Shown in pieces: positions 1 through 12,300 of a DNA stretch of 56,909 nt. Below the pieces are notes generated by a model that saw nothing but the letters and a program-made list of their open reading frames with translations, searched no databases and was not told the origin of the DNA. Origin of the DNA: Stylophora pistillata (lineage: Eukaryota); contig NW_019218150.1 in the NCBI RefSeq assembly GCF_002571385.2, positions 111,151 through 168,059 of the forward strand, given 5' to 3'. Both the position numbers and the translations under genes were made by a program. Numbering within the stretch: position 1 is the stretch's first letter; the number at the start of each line of letters is the position of its first letter.

Positions 1-394
1 ACGGGGTCGGGCTTTGCACTAACTGCAATCTCAAAAACGGCGTCCTCTCCTTCTAGTAATTCCAGATCATTCATCAGTTTTTTGAACTCCGGTTTATTCG
101 TCGATTCGCTTACAACAAGACGCGTACTACACGACGCAGTTCCACTTTTGTTCTTAACAACACACTGGTAATCTCCGCTATCTTCTGGCCTGGCGTCCGA
201 GATGACAAGTGAGATGAGGTCACCCTCCAACCCTGTTTTAACCCGTCGGTTTTCACTTACAGGCTGACCATTCTTTGTCCACTCAATATTGGGTTTAGCA
301 GTGGCATTAAGGCGACATTTTAGTCTCGCTGTGCTTCCAATGGTAGCTTGAGTTTCTTCTAACGGTTGAGTGAACCTGGGTGCAGGTTTCTTCC
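1..394 (-). CDS. Ig exon (partial, continues past window edge)
   Basis: Acceptor ATGCAG|GG; reads KKPAPRFTQPLEE...KCRLNATAKPNIEW...DARPEDSGDYQC. Confidence 0.85.
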
Positions 395-3300
395 CTGCAT
401 AAGACATAAACACTTCGATTAAAAAACAAAATGAACACAACTAAGACAAATCCAGCATAATTTGTTATACGACTTTACTACGGAACTACCACTGATGGAT
501 AACACTACAGGGTATAAGACAACATTATGTTGTGTTACCAGCAAAATAACTGAGATTGTTTTGTGAATAATATAATAAGTGTCACACTTCATGCTGTACC
601 ACGCACATTGACTTACCTTCAATATCAACCTGGAAGGTCTTAGTCGTTGTACCTGCAGCACTCTTCGCCACGCATTTATACACTCCAGAGTCTTCGGGAG
701 TAACAGTGAAGATTCTTATACCATATTTGTTTCCTCGCACTGATATGTTGCCGCGACTAGTTCTTTTAAATGGCCTGTCATCTCTAAACCACTCTACGTC
801 TGGCCTTGGATTGCCTCGAATGGTCACGTTTATCTTAAGTTCATCGCCCTCCTTTACTTTTATCGGTGAATCGCCGCCTTCATCGGAGAACTCCGGCGCA
901 ATCTGTCTCTCTTTTACGTCAAGTCGTGCAGAACATTGCATTCTTCCAGCCTCGTTCGACGCAACGCATTTGTAGCTTCCAAAGTCATCTAATGACACAT
1001 TCTCAATAAATATGGAGTGTACCTCGCTGTCCTCGGATTGCTCAATTTTAAATCTTCCCCCATTGGCGATAACTTTTCCACCCTTTGACCATTCAGTAAC
1101 AGGCTTAGGATTGCCAACCACGCGGACGTCAAATCGCGCCGTATCACCCTCGATAACGTCAGTGTGCTTCATTTTCTCTTTAAACTCTGGCATTATAATA
1201 GCTTTATTGACAAGAAGCTCTGCGGAGCAAGACACTTTGCCAAGATCATTTGTTGCTACACATTTATATTTCCCTTCGTCTTCAGCAACAGTATCAGAAA
1301 TTGTCAATCTGCAAACTTCAGAATCGAAGTAGGTGTTCACTCGTATACTTGATGTGATAAGTTCATCGTCTTTATACCATTCAATGCTTGGTTCTGGTTT
1401 TCCATGAACCCAGCACTCTAACTTAGCACCACTGCCTTCTACAACTTCTACTTTCTTTAGAGGCTTGAAAAACTCCGGCGCTGAGCCTTTGGGTTTTTTG
1501 GCTGGTTAAGAAATAAATAGAGTTCATAATGTTGAGGTTTTAATTGAAATTATCAGCATTTAATTTTTCCAGACTGGTGTCGATGTTACAACAATTCTAA
1601 CGTTTACCATCAGCGGAGAAAAAAAAATAAAGCCTAAAAAAAAAAAAAACCAAAGCACAAGGGATGAATGTAATAGGTTTGAGTCCTTAACTGGAGTAAG
1701 AGGAATAATATGACATGAGCTATGTTTGTATACCTCATTTTTATCTAAAAATAGCTAACCTTCTACGGTGACGTTAAAAGTCCGCATTGCTGTTCCCAAT
1801 TTACTCTTCGCTACGCACTTGTACACCCCAGAATCAGCAGGCTTAGCGCTGTTTAGAAGAAGTGTGTGTTTCTCTCCTTTCACCAGAGTGGTCATATTCG
1901 ATGACTTTCTGAGACTAAGTTCATCTTTATACCACTCAACATCAGGAGCAGGTTTTCCTCGTATTGTAATTTCCAACGAAACTTCTTCACCTTCTTTGAA
2001 GATCACAGGGGCATCACTGAACTCGCCTGCAAATTCTGGAGGCGTAAGTCTTTCATTAACTTCTAATTCCCCACGACATGTGGCTTTTCCTACCTCGTTA
2101 GACGCAACACATTTGTAAATACCACTGTCCTCCAAAGTTGTTTCATCAATTATGAGAGAATACAATTCATCCCCGTCGTCTACTTTAACAATATATCGTC
2201 CTTCGTTAATGATAGCTTGAGATCCACGGAACCATAAAACATTCGGCTTAGGATTTCCGCTGACCCGTACATCAAGCTGAACTTGTTCACCTTCATTCAC
2301 TTGTAAACCTTTTAGCTTTTCCTTAAATACAGGCGCTACTATAGGTTTGGTGACGACAAGTTCTGCTTCAGAAAAAGCCGATCCCAGATCATTTGTAACA
2401 ATACATTTGTAAGATCCACTATCAGCTTCTTGTGTTTCAGCGAAGGACAATTGACACATATCGCCTATAATATCAGCTTTGATCCTTTGACTAAGTTCGA
2501 CCTGCTCTCCATTTTTGCACCATTCAGCCGTGGGTTCTGGTGTACCAATCATACGAACTTTCAGTCTTAAAGGATTTCCCTCTACAGTCTGCATTGCTTT
2601 TAAGGGCTGCGTAACCTGTGGTGCCTCTCCTTTAGGTTTCTTTGCTTTTTTACCTGAAAGGAAAACTTCCGCATATTTTATCACTGACGGGATGCTTTGA
2701 ATGCTTTTTTCTTGACTCTTGCCTGAAAGCCATAGTTTGTATCCCTCCCCCCCATCCCCATAGAAACCAATCTAGGTCAATTTCAGTGAACTCTAATTTC
2801 GTTAAATAGTGTTTCAAATGCTCTCCAACCACTGATAAACTATTTACTTTATAAATTCTCTCCAACCACTTGCAAACTATTTAATTTATAACACTGCGAT
2901 TAATGAAGTATAAAGAAAAAATAGTCACCTTCGATATTTACTTGGAAAGTTCTGGTAACGCGTCCGGCCTTGCTACTAGCTACACACTTGTATAGGCCAG
3001 AGTTCTCTGGTGAGACATTCCTAACAACTAAAGAAAATTTGTCGTCTCGGGATTTTATGTCTAAACGACTTGTCTTTCTCAATGGCTTGTCATCTTTGAG
3101 CCACTCGACATCAGGGCGAGGCTTGCCTCTAACGGTAACAGATAATGTCACCTCGCCACCTTCAACTGCAGTGATTGGGCCTGTCTCCTCCTCGTCAGCA
3201 AATTCAGGAGCCGCCATATTCTCCTTTAGTTTAAGTTCAGCTTTGCAGGCGGCCACTCCAACGTTATTTGTTGCTTTGCAGGTGTAAGTACCGGCCTCAT

Positions 3301-6300
3301 CTGGGGAAACATCATCAATTACAAGAGAGAAGAGATTATCTTCCTCATCGTCAATCAAAATATATTTTCCAGCATCTTCAATCTTGTCAGTTTCTTTAAG
3401 CCATTGTACAGCTGGTTTGGGAGATCCTGTCAAACGCACATCAAACCTTCCTTCTTCGTTTTCTGCCACTTCAATGTCCTTCATAACTTCGGTAAATTCT
3501 GGTTTCCTATCAGCTTCGTTTACGAGAAGTTCTGCAGAACAGGATGCAGTACCCAGCTCATTTTGAGCAATACATTTGTAATCACCTTCATCGTCAATTT
3601 CTGCTGCGCGAAATGACAAAGACGCAACGTCTCCGTCAAAGTCAGCTTTAACTCGTTTACTGGTCTCTAGTGGTTCTCCATCTTTAAGCCACCGGATGAT
3701 AGGTTGTGGAGTCCCCGTCAGTGTACAGGAAAGTTTTACTTTTGTTTCTTCAGAGACTTCAACTGATTGCAAAGGAAAGGTAAACACTGGGGCACTTCCT
3801 TTTGGCTTCCCAGCTGAGGATGTAAACAAAAATACTTAATTCCTGAATCCTGAAGTACATATCAAATATGATAAAACTTCTTTCGTAAAGACACAGGTGA
3901 TGCATTTAATAATTGTAGTATGCGAGCCCGAAATATCTGTCTAGTTGCTACTCACAGTGAAAATTTAGAGAATGTTGAAATACTGGGCCGCTTATTTCGA
4001 CAAAGTTTACCCGTTGTAAACAAAACCATAATTCTAGCACTTAGCAGTTAAGGCATACAACAGAATTACATTTTAAAATTCTTTCATTGTACATTCACGA
4101 AATGCGTTAAAAGAGAAAGCTACGAGGCGAGTGTTCTCTTGTTTAAAAAGAAGCTTCACCAAAAAACGTTCAAACAACTTTTAATCACGGCCAGAAAAAT
4201 TACGTCAGTAAGTTTAATAGATTCCTACCTTGTACCATAACATCAAAAGTTCTGGTGGCAGTTCCCATCTTGCTCTTAGCTTCACACTTGTAAACACCAG
4301 AGTCATCCGCCCTAGCGCCGAGAATCACCACGGAGTGTTTATCTCCTCGAGCTCTGATATCTAGCCTTATGCTCTCGCGAAGGGGTTTGTCGTCTTTGTA
4401 CCATTTCACATCAGGTTTTGGTTTTCCGTTGATTAAGACATCCAAACTTACTTCTCCACCTTCAGTCGCAGTGAAGGGGGCCTCAGGTTGGTCTCCTGAA
4501 ATTTCAGGGGCGAAAAGCCTCTCCTTCACAATGAGGTCAGCTCGGCATGTGGTTTTACCTGGGTCAGAACTAACTATTAGCAAGTTGATGGGCCTATATT
4601 GGTCCCTAATAATTCAGGAAAAAAGGGCGAATATAGGTGCATGTGCATACATAGCAAAGCATACACACCTACGTCACCAGAATAAAAGTGCGGAATTCCT
4701 GACGCCAATCTTTCAAAAAAGACGGATTTTATTACTAGGGAGCACAGATGTGCGTGCAGCTTTACAGCCGAAATTAACAACAAAACGAAAGGCAAAACTC
4801 CCTTACCCCCTTGGTTTGAGGCTTCACACTTGTACATTCCAGCATCCTCAAGCAGAGTATCACAGATTTCAAGTGAAAACAGATTCTCATCAGGATTCTC
4901 TTTAAACTCAATTCGACCATCGCTCTTCAGCTTACTTATCCCTTTAAACCACTGCACCGCAGGCACAGGGTAACCATCTACTCGAGCATCGAATTGGACA
5001 GCGTCTCCTTCGGTCACTTCGACTGTTTTAAGTTTATCCTTGAATTCTGGCTTAGTTACGACACGAACTTTTAGAGTGGCCGCACAAGATGCTGAGTCAA
5101 TCTCATTGGTAGCCACGCACTTGTATTCTCCTTCATCAAAAGATCTGGCTTCCTTGATTGTTAAAGCAATGGACTCCCCATCATTTTCTAACTTGACCCG
5201 TCTGTTTTCTTTTATCTGCACTCCCTTTTTAAACCACTCGATGTTAGGTTTGGGTTTAGCAGTCACAGTACACTGTAGTTTGGCATCGTTTCCTTCCTTT
5301 ACTTCCACAGGTTGAAGAGTTTCAAAAAATACCGGTGCTTTTCCTTCCGGTTTCTTAGCTATAATTTACAGCAACAAAAAACAGGACAGATGACTAGCAA
5401 AATAAAAATATCCCTTCATCGATGCGAACGATGGTTTTAAGAATGATACTCACGGTAAGCACGCGTTGATTTGCAGAATTAAAAGAGACCAACCACTACT
5501 AAAAGTACAATGGAATACACGCACAAAGAAAAACCAAGAAAAACAACAACAGTAAATACATGCAGAGAATATGCCGATGCTGAATGGAAATATCTTTTCC
5601 CCTTCAAAAGTTTTTGTTGGGAAAAAAGCCTTCCAATTGGTTATCTTCTTTTCTTCCAATGGATCCTCGACAGAAATAGTTAATGTATTGCAATGGCAAG
5701 ACTACAAGACAGGGTCTCTAATACACATGCACAACAATTCAGATCATTTAAACTCCCATTATAGTATATTCAATGTTTGTTTGGAAGGGATAACTTTTAA
5801 CGAATGAAAGCAAACAGAAAAAAAGATCGTTAAAATGCTGTGAGTTACCGGAAAGCTAACTACCTTTCACACCGTCTATTTCCTGTCCAGTGACAAGAGC
5901 GCTCTCAACCTCGGCAGCTGAGTCGGGTACAGTGATGGCTTCATCAATCGCAGGCAGCGCACTTTCAGCTTGCTCAGCATCTTCTGGTGCGATCGTCGTT
6001 TCTTCAACAACCAAGTTACTTTGGCATGACACTTCACCGACTTCATTGAATGCAACACACTCATATTCACCGCTGTCAGTTGGCCTTGCCTCTTCAATCA
6101 CCAGAGAAAACAGGTCGTGTTCTTCGTCATCAATCAAAATAAAACGACCCTCATCTTCTATCTTTTGTTTTCCCTTAAACCAGTCAACCTCTGGTGGCGG
6201 TACACCCACAACACGCACATCAAACCTTGCTTCGGCCCCAGGCAAGACACTGATATTCTTCAGCTTTTCTTTAAAATTTGGTTTGGTTTCAGCTTCTTCC

Positions 6301-9300
6301 ACTAGAAGCTCTGCTTCGCTTGATGCACTACCGAGCTCATTACGAGCCACGCATTTGTATTCGCCCTCATCGTCAAGCTCAGCTAGTCTGAACGATAAAG
6401 AAGCAAAATTGCCATCAAAGTTCAAGTTGATGCGCTTCGATTGTTTTACCGGCTCGCCATCTCTAAACCATTCAATGTTGGGTTGCGGTTCTCCTTTTAC
6501 CTCACACTCCAAGTTTGCTGGTTTACCTTCCACAACTGTAAGGTCTTGGAGGGGTTTGGCGATTTCTGGTGCTATTCCTTTCGGTTTCTTAGCTGTCAGG
6601 AAAAAAACACAGAAAAAGAATAATGCGTTATAATACTACGATCCTTAATTTAGTAAAAATTTATGAATGGTGCCACCATTTCAGTCCGGAGTTTGTTAAC
6701 ACATGGTACTCGAGAAGCTAAGGGGACAATTAAGAAAACACTTGATCAAACTCTCTAGCAACCCTATATACCTTATATGGTCATAGCTTCGGTGACAAGG
6801 TTTTCCGGAGGGAATATAGTCAAAGATCCCAGGAATAAAGGTAACATACCTTGTACCATTACATCAAACGTTCTGGTGGCAGTTCCCATCTTACTCTTGG
6901 CTTCACACTTATAAACACCAGAGTCATCCGCCCTGATGCCGAGAATCACCGCAGAATGTTTATCTCCACTTGCTTTAATGCCTAGCCTTGTACTCTGGCG
7001 AAGGGGTTTGTCGGCTTTGTACCATTTCACATCAGGTTTCGGCTTCCCAATGATTGTTACATTCAATTTACAGTCATCGCCTTCTATAACTGTAACTGGG
7101 GCCTCTTCCTGTCCTTCAGGAAATTCAGGAGCAAACAGCCTCTCCTTCACAGAGAGCTCACCACGTATTGTGGTCTTTCCAGCTTCATTGTAAGCGACAC
7201 ATTTATACATTCCAGCATCATCACGATTGACATCCTTAATGGTAAGAGAAAAATGCCCATTTTCCTGATCTTCTTTTATTTCAGTGCACTCGTCATTCTG
7301 GAGCCTAGCCGTCCCTCTCTACCACTCCACAAACGGTTCAGGATAACCGACGACAACAGCATCAAAGCTGGCAAAATCACCCTCAACTACTTCAACCCTT
7401 TTCAATTTCTCTTTAAAGTCTGGTTTAGATAGAACCCTCACTTTCAACGCTGCTGTGCACGAAGCAGAACCGAGTGCATTTGAGGCAACACATTTGTACT
7501 CTCCTTTGTCATCTGGCCTCGCATCTTTAAAAGAGAGAGAGGATGCCATCCCATCACTATCCAGCTTGATTCTTCCGCTCTCTTTCACTCGAACTCCATT
7601 TTTAAGCCACTCAAAGGTCGGAGGTGGTTCAGCGGTTGCTTTACAATGAAGCTTAGTTGTATCGCCCTCTTTCACTTCTATTGGTAGTAAGGGCTCTGTA
7701 AATTGTGGTGCACTGCCTTCTGGCTTCCTGGCTATTAAGGTTAAGTAGAAGGGTTTATAAGGTTTTTAATGAAAAAGCAAGCCCTAACCGTCTGTTAGTC
7801 AGTCGGCCTGTCTGTTAGTGGTGTGCAGGTCTAACTCAAACTTAATCCTTGGCTCAAACTTCATTTTACAATAACCTAAACTACACTCCCAGACACAACG
7901 GATGGGACAAAGAAGATGGACATTGGAAAGGAAAGAACAACAAACAAAGTTGTTCTGGAGAAGCGTGGATTGGGTATGTTAAGATAATAAGGACAGAGCT
8001 AATGGATAGACTAATGATTTTGGTGGAGTGCCAGTGAATGCACACTACGGCTACACACACATCCTCGGAAACCCAGGGGCAGTGAGTCGATTTCAAGTTA
8101 AGGGCAGAAGAGCCCCTGGGGACATTGTCTTACAAGACTACTTCCAAACGGTCGCAGTCGTTCTGGCATCTGATTGGTGCCAGAAAATCTTTGTTTTTTT
8201 TTTTGTTTTTTTTTTGTTTTTTTGTTTTTTTTTGCTAACAGTNNNNNNNNNNNNGCTAACAGTGGTGGAGTGCCAGTGAATGCACACTACGGCTACACAC
8301 ATTACCTGAAACTTGTACATCAAACTCCCTCTCCACAGAGCCTGCCTTGCTAGTGGCCTTAAACTTGTACAATCCAGAATCTTCTGGGACAACTTCCGTA
8401 ATTTTCAGCATATGCGTGTCCTCTCTGACAGAAACATGCAAATGCTCATCCTCTTTGACTTTTTTGTCATCTTTCAGCCATTCGACTTTCAGTTCTGGTT
8501 CGCTTTTTCTCAGCTCTGCACTCAAACTGACGTCACCTCCCTCTTCAGCGAAAATTGGGGCACTTTCAACTTCGTCAACAAACGCAAGGGCAGTCAGGGT
8601 CTCTTGCACAAAAATGTTGGCCTCACAGAATACCTCACCTTCTTCATTATATGCCAAACATTCGTATTTTCCAGCATCTTCTAGTTTTACGTCCTCAATG
8701 ATCAGTGAGGAGCGCCCTTCGTCTTCCTCATATTCATCATCCAAAAAAGTAAATCGCTCCGCTGGTTCTTCCAATATCTTACCGTCTTTCGTCCAATCAA
8801 CTTGTGGCCTGGGTACTCCAGTAATAAGCACATCAAACCTGGCTTGCTGCCCAGCCTGAACACTGACATTCTTCATTCTCTCTTTGAACTCCGGTTTTGC
8901 AGCTGGTTTGTTTACAAGAAGTTCAGCCCAGCAAGACACACTGCCAAACGCATTCTGAGCAACACATTTGTAGTCACCTTCATCATCAAGTTTAGTCTCT
9001 TTGAAATTCAAAGAGAAGGTTTCATTATCGCTTAAAAACTGTGCGCGCTCGCACTCCTTCACCTTTTCGTTGTCTCTAAGCCACTCTACCTCTGGCTTGG
9101 GCTGTCCGCTTATTTGACATTCTAACTTGGCAGGGAAACCTTCAAGAACCTGAACAGATTTTGAAGGTTCCACAACTTCGGGTGCTTTTCCTTCCAGGCT
9201 CTTTTCTGCAAAACAATGAGAAATGAAGCTCAGTTTGTTGAGAGTAAGAGAAGAGAAAACAAGTCTGCCTAAAATCACTGTCATCTTGCATCTGTTCGAT

Positions 9301-12300
9301 TTCCAAAAACTAAAAGTCAAAGTCATCAAACCACATAACACTTTGTTAATGTTATGAGCGCCAAATAAACAATTATTGACCACTTTTCTCTAGTATAGCT
9401 TAACACCTTCAACCTTATTTCACGGCACGTTTAGATTAAATGTCGAGTAATAATATGCACGTCAATGAAGCACAACCTTACCTGCCACATTAACATCAAA
9501 TGTACGAGTTACAGTGCCTGCCTTGCTTGAAGCTTCACATTTGTAGGTTCCCCTGTCTTCGGAAGTAACATCTGAAATTACCAAAGAGAACTTGCCATCC
9601 TTTTCGTCCATCCTTACTCGGCTGGTTTTTCTCAACTTTTTGTCATCTTTGTACCACTCCACAGTTGGCGCAGGCTTCCCTTTAATACCTACCATTAAGC
9701 GTACCTCATCTCCTTCCATAACGTTAAATGGAGCACTTTGTTCTTCATTCGTGAACTCTGGTGTTATCATTTGTTCTTTGACGGCAAGAGCAGCTTTACA
9801 ACTTGCCTGTCCCTCCTCGTTAGCAGCTATGCATTTGTATGTTCCTGCATCTTCAAGAACAGTGTCCTCGATGATCAATGTGTAGATGCCTGCCTCTTCG
9901 TCATCCATCACGACGAAACGACCATCGTCTTCCAGTTTGTTTTTGCCATGGAACCAATCCACCACTGGAATTGGATTTCCTTCCACAGTGGCATCAAACC
10001 GTGCTGCTTCTCCTTCAATGACATTAATGGGCTTCAATTTTTGTGTAAACTCTGGTTTCTTGTACGGTTCGTTAACTAAAAGTTCCGACGCGCAGGAAAC
10101 AGATCCAAATTCATTCTTGGCAAAGCATTTGTAAGCGCCCTCATCCTCAAGTTCAGTTTCTAAGATCTTCAAAGTACACAATTCGCCATCAAAACGGATC
10201 TTGACCCTCTTGTCTTCCGTCAGCGGTTCGCTGTCTCTGAACCACTCGATAGTTGGTTCTGGTGTGCCAGTCACTCTACACTGTAGCTTAGCGGGTGACC
10301 CTTGCACTACCTCTACTGGCAGTAGGGACTCTATGAACACTGGTGCAATACCTTCTGGCGGCGCGGCTAAAGTAAACAATGAAAAACCAAATCTGAGTGC
10401 AATAGCAGCTCTAAGCTAATTATTTAAAATTGAGTGCAAATCTTGTTCTTGACATACGTAAGAAAAGTAGAAGACGCGTCATGTCGCCCCGAACGCCACT
10501 AGTAACGCACTCCTTAAGAGGCTTACGTTTGAAATAGGGGTTCGTTCGCTTTATGTCAAAAACCGCCATCAGGAGTCTTTTCACATGTAAGCCCCAATAC
10601 ATCGTCAGAAAAGTATGTTATGGCGTTTCATATGCTATTCTCATGCCATTGAAATGCTTTTCCAGAGCAAATTTCTCATGCCTATGAAATTTTCACGTAC
10701 AATAACAGCGCAAACCGTATAAAGACTGCCTGTGCCATAACGACCACTGAAGTGCTAGTAGATACGTCTGTACTCGTCTAAAATCTAACAGGAAGTCACG
10801 CACCTTTTATGTTGACATCATACGTTTTTTCCACTTTACCACCCTTGCTCTTTGCCTGACACTTATATACCCCAGAGTCCTTTGGTTTGGCCTCCAGAAT
10901 AACAAGAGAGTGTTCGCTATCTTTGGCATCTATCTTCACACGGCTTGTTTCACGCAGTTTCTCGTCATCCTTGTACCAGACGACTGTGGGAACAGGCTTC
11001 CCTTTCACGATCGCACTAAGACAAACAACATCACCCTCTCCTATGTTCAATGGAGCAGCTTCTGGTTCAACATCTATTTCAGGCTTAGTGATGGCTTCCT
11101 TCACTGCCAAGGCAGCTTTACATGATACCTGGCCTTCCTCATTCATAGCTATACATTTGTATGTCCCAGCATCCTCTATGAGCGTGTCATTGATTCTAAG
11201 TGTGTAAGTATCACTGTCTTCGTCGTCAATGATTTTAATTCGCCCTTCGTCCTCCAATTTTTCCTTTCCTTTAAACCAGTCTATAACAGGAGGGGGATTA
11301 CCAGCCACTTTAACAGAAAATTTTGCAGGTTCTCCTTCAGTGACATCAACCGGCTTCATTTTTTCTTCAAACTCAGGTTTAGCGTTTGGTTCGTTAACAA
11401 GGAGTTCAGCGGAACAGGAGGCTGAGCCAAGGTCGTTTTCAGCCACGCACTTGTATTCACCTTCGTCATCCAATTCTGCATTCTGGATTTCTAAAGTGGC
11501 TTGCTCTCCATCATATCGAGTTTTGTATCTTTTCACGTCTGCCACAGTGACGCCATCTTTGAACCAAGCTATGTTAGGCTCTGGACTACCTGCGACCATG
11601 CACATCAGAGTGGCTTCACTTCCTTCTATGACCTCAACTGTCTGCAATGGCTGTGAGAAGTTAGGGGCTTCTCCTCGTGGTTTATCTATGCAATATATAA
11701 ATGAACTCCAGTTTTCATCTATCATTAAATTTCGGCAAATGTTAAAAACATATTTCAGTTTATAAAGTACCCCTCGATTCAACTTAATCACTACCATCAC
11801 CATTCTAATCAAGGTCATTATTATTGTAACTATCTTTGTAATTGTCGTAAAAAAAATATAATTTCTTGTCATTATCGTCCGTTGTATCTATTAGAAGCTT
11901 AGTGGTTGCGATTGGGAGAGATTTTAATCAACACACTAGTTTGTTCGAGTAAACTCCTTGCACTCGAAGCGGGAATACATGTAACTACTCCATTGGACAC
12001 CTCAAAATGCATACAACTAATATAAGGGGTTCATCCTTTAATTCCAATGCGGCACTGAGTCTGAATCAACTCATAAGAGAGTCAGATGAATGATTTATCC
12101 AGCTTGATCCAACTCATTATGGTAAGTATATACACATTTTAAGTCCTCGACAATGTTAACTTTTATACCTTCAACTTTGTCATAAAGAGATTTTTCCTCC
12201 ACTTCCTTTTCAAGCACAATCAACTTAGCTTCACATGACGTTTGACCAGCCTTGTTGGAAGCAACGCACTTGTAGTTACCAGCATCTCCTGATTCGCTGC

